DNA of 64,000 nt, taken from positions 97,368 through 161,367 of the forward strand of contig PFEF01000006.1 in assembly GCA_002793915.1 (NCBI GenBank), read 5' to 3'. A model generated the notes under the pieces. That model was given only the letters and a program-made list of their open reading frames with translations. It did no database searches and was not told the origin of the DNA. The position numbers and the translations under genes were made by a program. Shown here piece by piece: positions 59,818 through 64,000 of this stretch. This DNA comes from Candidatus Ryanbacteria bacterium CG10_big_fil_rev_8_21_14_0_10_43_42 (GTDB lineage Bacteria > Patescibacteriota > Minisyncoccia > Ryanbacterales > 2-02-FULL-48-12). Each line of letters begins with the position of its first letter. Position 1 is the first letter of the stretch.

Positions 59818-61350
59818 ATGAGCTACGAAATTGTAGAAAAATTAAAAAAAGAGATAGCGGGTTTTACCGATTCTGCCGAATGGCGGGATGTGGGTTCTGT
59901 TATTGAAGTTGCGGACGGTATTGCAAAAGTATCGGGGCTTCGGAATGTAATGAGTCAGGAGCTTCTCGTAATTGAAACACGGCAGGGAGAATGTTCTGCT
60001 CTTGCTCTTAATTTGGAGGAAGAAACAATTGGTGTATTGGTGCTCGGCGGGTATGAATCCATCGAGGCGGGAAATACTGTTCGCAGTACCGGAAACGTAC
60101 TTTCCTTGGATGTTGGTCCGGATATTGTGGGGCGTGTAATTGATCCTCTGGGTCGTCCTCTTGATGGGGCCGGACCGCTATATAAAGAGGGGAGCAATAA
60201 AAAGCGCCAATTGTTGGAGGAGAACGCACCCTCTGTTATTGATCGTGAGTCGGTTAATGTTCCGCTTCACACGGGTATAAAAGCTATCGACAGCATGATT
60301 CCTATCGGGCGCGGACAGCGCGAGCTTATTATTGGAGATCGGCAGACGGGGAAAACAGCTATTGCTCTTGATGTTATTATCAACCAGAAAAAAGAGGGCG
60401 GCGAGCCACCTGTTTGTATCTACGTTGCTATCGGACAAAAGGAATCTAAAATTGCCCGTACTATTGAAACATTGAAAAAACATGGCGCTATGGATTATAC
60501 GGTTGTTGTTTCCGCGCCGGCGGCATCTGGTGCGGCGCATTGGTATCTGGCACCTTTTGCGGGCGCGGCAGTGGGAGAATATTTTCGTGATAGCGGCAAG
60601 GATGCGGTAATCATCTATGACGATCTTTCCAAACATGCATCCGCTTATCGTCAAATAGCACTTTTACTGCGCCGTCCGCCCGGACGAGAAGCATATCCGG
60701 GAGATATTTTTTATCTGCATTCCCGCTTATTGGAGCGTGCCGCGAAACTATCAAAAGAAAAAGGCGGCGGATCTCTTACCGCCCTTCCTATTATTGAAAC
60801 ACAACTTGGCGATGTTACCGCCTATGTGCCCACAAACGTAATTTCCATTACAGACGGACAAATTTATTTGGAATCCGATTTGTTTAATAAAGGCATGCGT
60901 CCGGCTATTAATGCGGGTCTTTCCGTTTCGCGCGTGGGTTCGGCGGCACAAACAAAAGCCATAAAAAAAGTAGCAGGGAAATTGCGTCTTACACTTGCAC
61001 AATTCCGGGAATTGCAGTCGTTCGTACAGTTTGCGTCTGATGTAGATGAACAGACACGTTCCCGTATTCAAGAGGGGCGTATTATGACGGAACTTTTGAA
61101 GCAATCCGACTTATCTCCCGTTCCGTTTGAATATCAGGCCGTTTTGTTTTTTGCCGCTATAAATGGTTATCTTGCAAAACTTGATCCCGATATTATCCCG
61201 GCGTTTGAAAAAGCATTTATGGAGCACATGGAAAGATTGCATGAAAAAGATATCTTGATACCGATTCGAGAAAAGAAAACGATTGATGAAGAATTGGAAA
61301 AAACATTGAGGGATATTATTCAAACGTTCGTAGAGGGTTACAAAAACTAA
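59818..61350 (+). CDS. atpA: ATP synthase F1 alpha subunit
   Basis: Walker A GDRQTGKT and alpha-subunit signature. Confidence 0.95.
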   Translation: MSYEIVEKLKKEIAGFTDSAEWRDVGSVIEVADGIAKVSGLRNVMSQELLVIETRQGECSALALNLEEETIGVLVLGGYESIEAGNTVRSTGNVLSLDVGPDIVGRVIDPLGRPLDGAGPLYKEGSNKKRQLLEENAPSVIDRESVNVPLHTGIKAIDSMIPIGRGQRELIIGDRQTGKTAIALDVIINQKKEGGEPPVCIYVAIGQKESKIARTIETLKKHGAMDYTVVVSAPAASGAAHWYLAPFAGAAVGEYFRDSGKDAVIIYDDLSKHASAYRQIALLLRRPPGREAYPGDIFYLHSRLLERAAKLSKEKGGGSLTALPIIETQLGDVTAYVPTNVISITDGQIYLESDLFNKGMRPAINAGLSVSRVGSAAQTKAIKKVAGKLRLTLAQFRELQSFVQFASDVDEQTRSRIQEGRIMTELLKQSDLSPVPFEYQAVLFFAAINGYLAKLDPDIIPAFEKAFMEHMERLHEKDILIPIREKKTIDEELEKTLRDIIQTFVEGYKN

Positions 61351-61359
61351 TTTTAAACT

Positions 61360-62304
61360 GTGGAATCCCTGCAAAACATAAAACGTCGTCTCAAGACCGT
61401 AAAAAACATCGGCCAGATAACAAAGGCCATGGAACTTGTTGCGGCGACAAAAATGCGCAAGAGTCAGGATGTGGCGCTTGCATCTCGCCCGTATGTATAT
61501 ACTGTTCTTGAACTCCTTGCCCAACTTTCGCGCGTAGAGATGCCCTATACGCCTCCCTTGCTGAAGGAGCGGGTAATAAAACGTACCGCCGTTGTTGTAA
61601 TTGCGTCCGATAAGGGGCTCACGGGATCTTTTAATAGTGCCGTGTTTCGTGCTTGTGAAAAATACATGGAAACTAAGCATACGAATGTATCCTCGGTGTA
61701 TATTGCCGTAGGGACCAAGTCCGCTCAATTTCTTCAAAGAAAGGGTTACCCGACGGAGGCATCATTTACGCAATATGGTGATATTACTACGGTAGAAGGA
61801 GTGCGTCCTCTTGCCACCATGCTTTTAAACGGATATCTTTCTCATAAATGGGATTCTGTTGTTATTCTTTCCACTAATTTTAAAAGTGCCCTTTCACAGA
61901 ATGTTGTAACACGAGAAGTGTTTCCGATAACGTTTGAGAGTTTGGAAAAAACAGCCCGGGAGATTATTCCCGTAACAAAACGTTTTACGGAAGAATTTAA
62001 TGAAAAAGGATTTTCTTTTTTTGCGCAAGATGAACGCACGGCAAAGGATCAGGAGTATATTATTGAGCCGTCTCCCGAAAAGGCACTCGAAACATTAATT
62101 CCTCATCTTGTCATGATGCAGATATACCACACTATACTGGAAGCAAATGCATCAGAGCATGCATCCCGCCGGATGGCGATGAAGAACGCCTCGGATAATG
62201 CAAATGATATTTTGGATACGCTTTCCATTGAATATAATAAATCCCGTCAAGCAGGTATTACAAGAGAACTCACCGAAATTACGGCGGGAGCGGAAGCGCT
62301 ATAA
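61360..62304 (+). CDS. atpG: ATP synthase F1 gamma subunit
   Basis: Gamma N-terminus (IKRRLKTVKNIGQITKAMELVAATKMRK) and position between atpA and atpD. Confidence 0.9.
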   Translation: MESLQNIKRRLKTVKNIGQITKAMELVAATKMRKSQDVALASRPYVYTVLELLAQLSRVEMPYTPPLLKERVIKRTAVVVIASDKGLTGSFNSAVFRACEKYMETKHTNVSSVYIAVGTKSAQFLQRKGYPTEASFTQYGDITTVEGVRPLATMLLNGYLSHKWDSVVILSTNFKSALSQNVVTREVFPITFESLEKTAREIIPVTKRFTEEFNEKGFSFFAQDERTAKDQEYIIEPSPEKALETLIPHLVMMQIYHTILEANASEHASRRMAMKNASDNANDILDTLSIEYNKSRQAGITRELTEITAGAEAL

Positions 62305-62346
62305 TTATGCATATCATAATATAGTGTCAGAAACTCGAACAGATAA

Positions 62347-63720
<1,374 letters not shown>

Positions 63721-63728
63721 ATACTACT

Positions 63729-63989
63729 ATGAAGCTCCGCATATACTCGCTTAAAAATGTGCTGTATCAGGGAGACGCCGTTTCTCTTAACTGCTCTACC
63801 GTCAGTGGCGATATTACCGTTTTAGATAATCACCGGCCGCTTATTTCGGTTCTAACAGGAAGCACGATGTCTATCAAGAATACGGATGGCACCGATAATT
63901 ACATCCCTATCCGCTCTGGTTTCTTGGAAGTAAAAGGCACTAACGAAGTAAGGGTCTTAGTGGAAGAGGATCCGAAACCGGAGCATTAG
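63729..63989 (+). CDS. atpC: ATP synthase F1 epsilon subunit (short)
   Basis: The beta-sandwich N-domain pattern is recognisable. 86 aa. Confidence 0.75.
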   Translation: MKLRIYSLKNVLYQGDAVSLNCSTVSGDITVLDNHRPLISVLTGSTMSIKNTDGTDNYIPIRSGFLEVKGTNEVRVLVEEDPKPEH

Positions 63990-64000
63990 TTCTGTGTAAG

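Overview
This 64 kb window reads as a chromosomal segment from a small-genome, low-GC bacterium, probably Patescibacteria/CPR-like (inference). The evidence is a divergent 16S gene, ribosomal proteins with charged tails, domain-reduced core enzymes and a short EF-Ts. Most of the window is housekeeping: rnhB, rpmF, rnc, smc, rpsP, trmD, a 16S rRNA gene, ddl, uvrA, efp, gatB, miaA, thrS, dnaE, an RF1-like release factor, rpmE, rpsB, tsf, pepA, uppP and a complete F1Fo ATP synthase operon. These are interleaved with cell-envelope genes: glycosyltransferases, RlpA/LysM proteins, an M23 peptidase and surface proteins.

Three things stand out. First, an A+T-rich accessory island sits immediately downstream of tRNA-Ala(TGC) at about 13.8-21.7 kb. 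It carries a tightly coupled four-gene operon: an XRE-type controller-like HTH, an N6-adenine DNA methyltransferase, a DUF262(DGQQR)-HNH nuclease and a roughly 1035 aa KAP-family P-loop NTPase with an N-terminal transmembrane bundle. This is a candidate controller-regulated restriction-modification or defence system of unusual composition. It is followed by rhodanese, a DUF1059-like small protein and a class-II Fic toxin. Second, both rrn-spacer-type tRNAs (Ile-GAT and Ala-TGC) are each accompanied by a degenerate tRNA-derived copy in which stems are replaced by perfect hairpins. The 16S gene is not linked to a 23S gene. Third, a three-gene module (28.6-32.2 kb) encodes two membrane proteins and a HerA/VirD4-like ATPase with a long disordered K/E/P tail.

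Other notable items are a NusB-Nudix fusion, an RF1 lacking domain 1, a histidine-kinase 3' fragment between two paralogous secreted-protein genes that carry identical terminators, and a sigma-70 region-4-only protein. No CRISPR array, transposase, integrase or reverse transcriptase was recognised.
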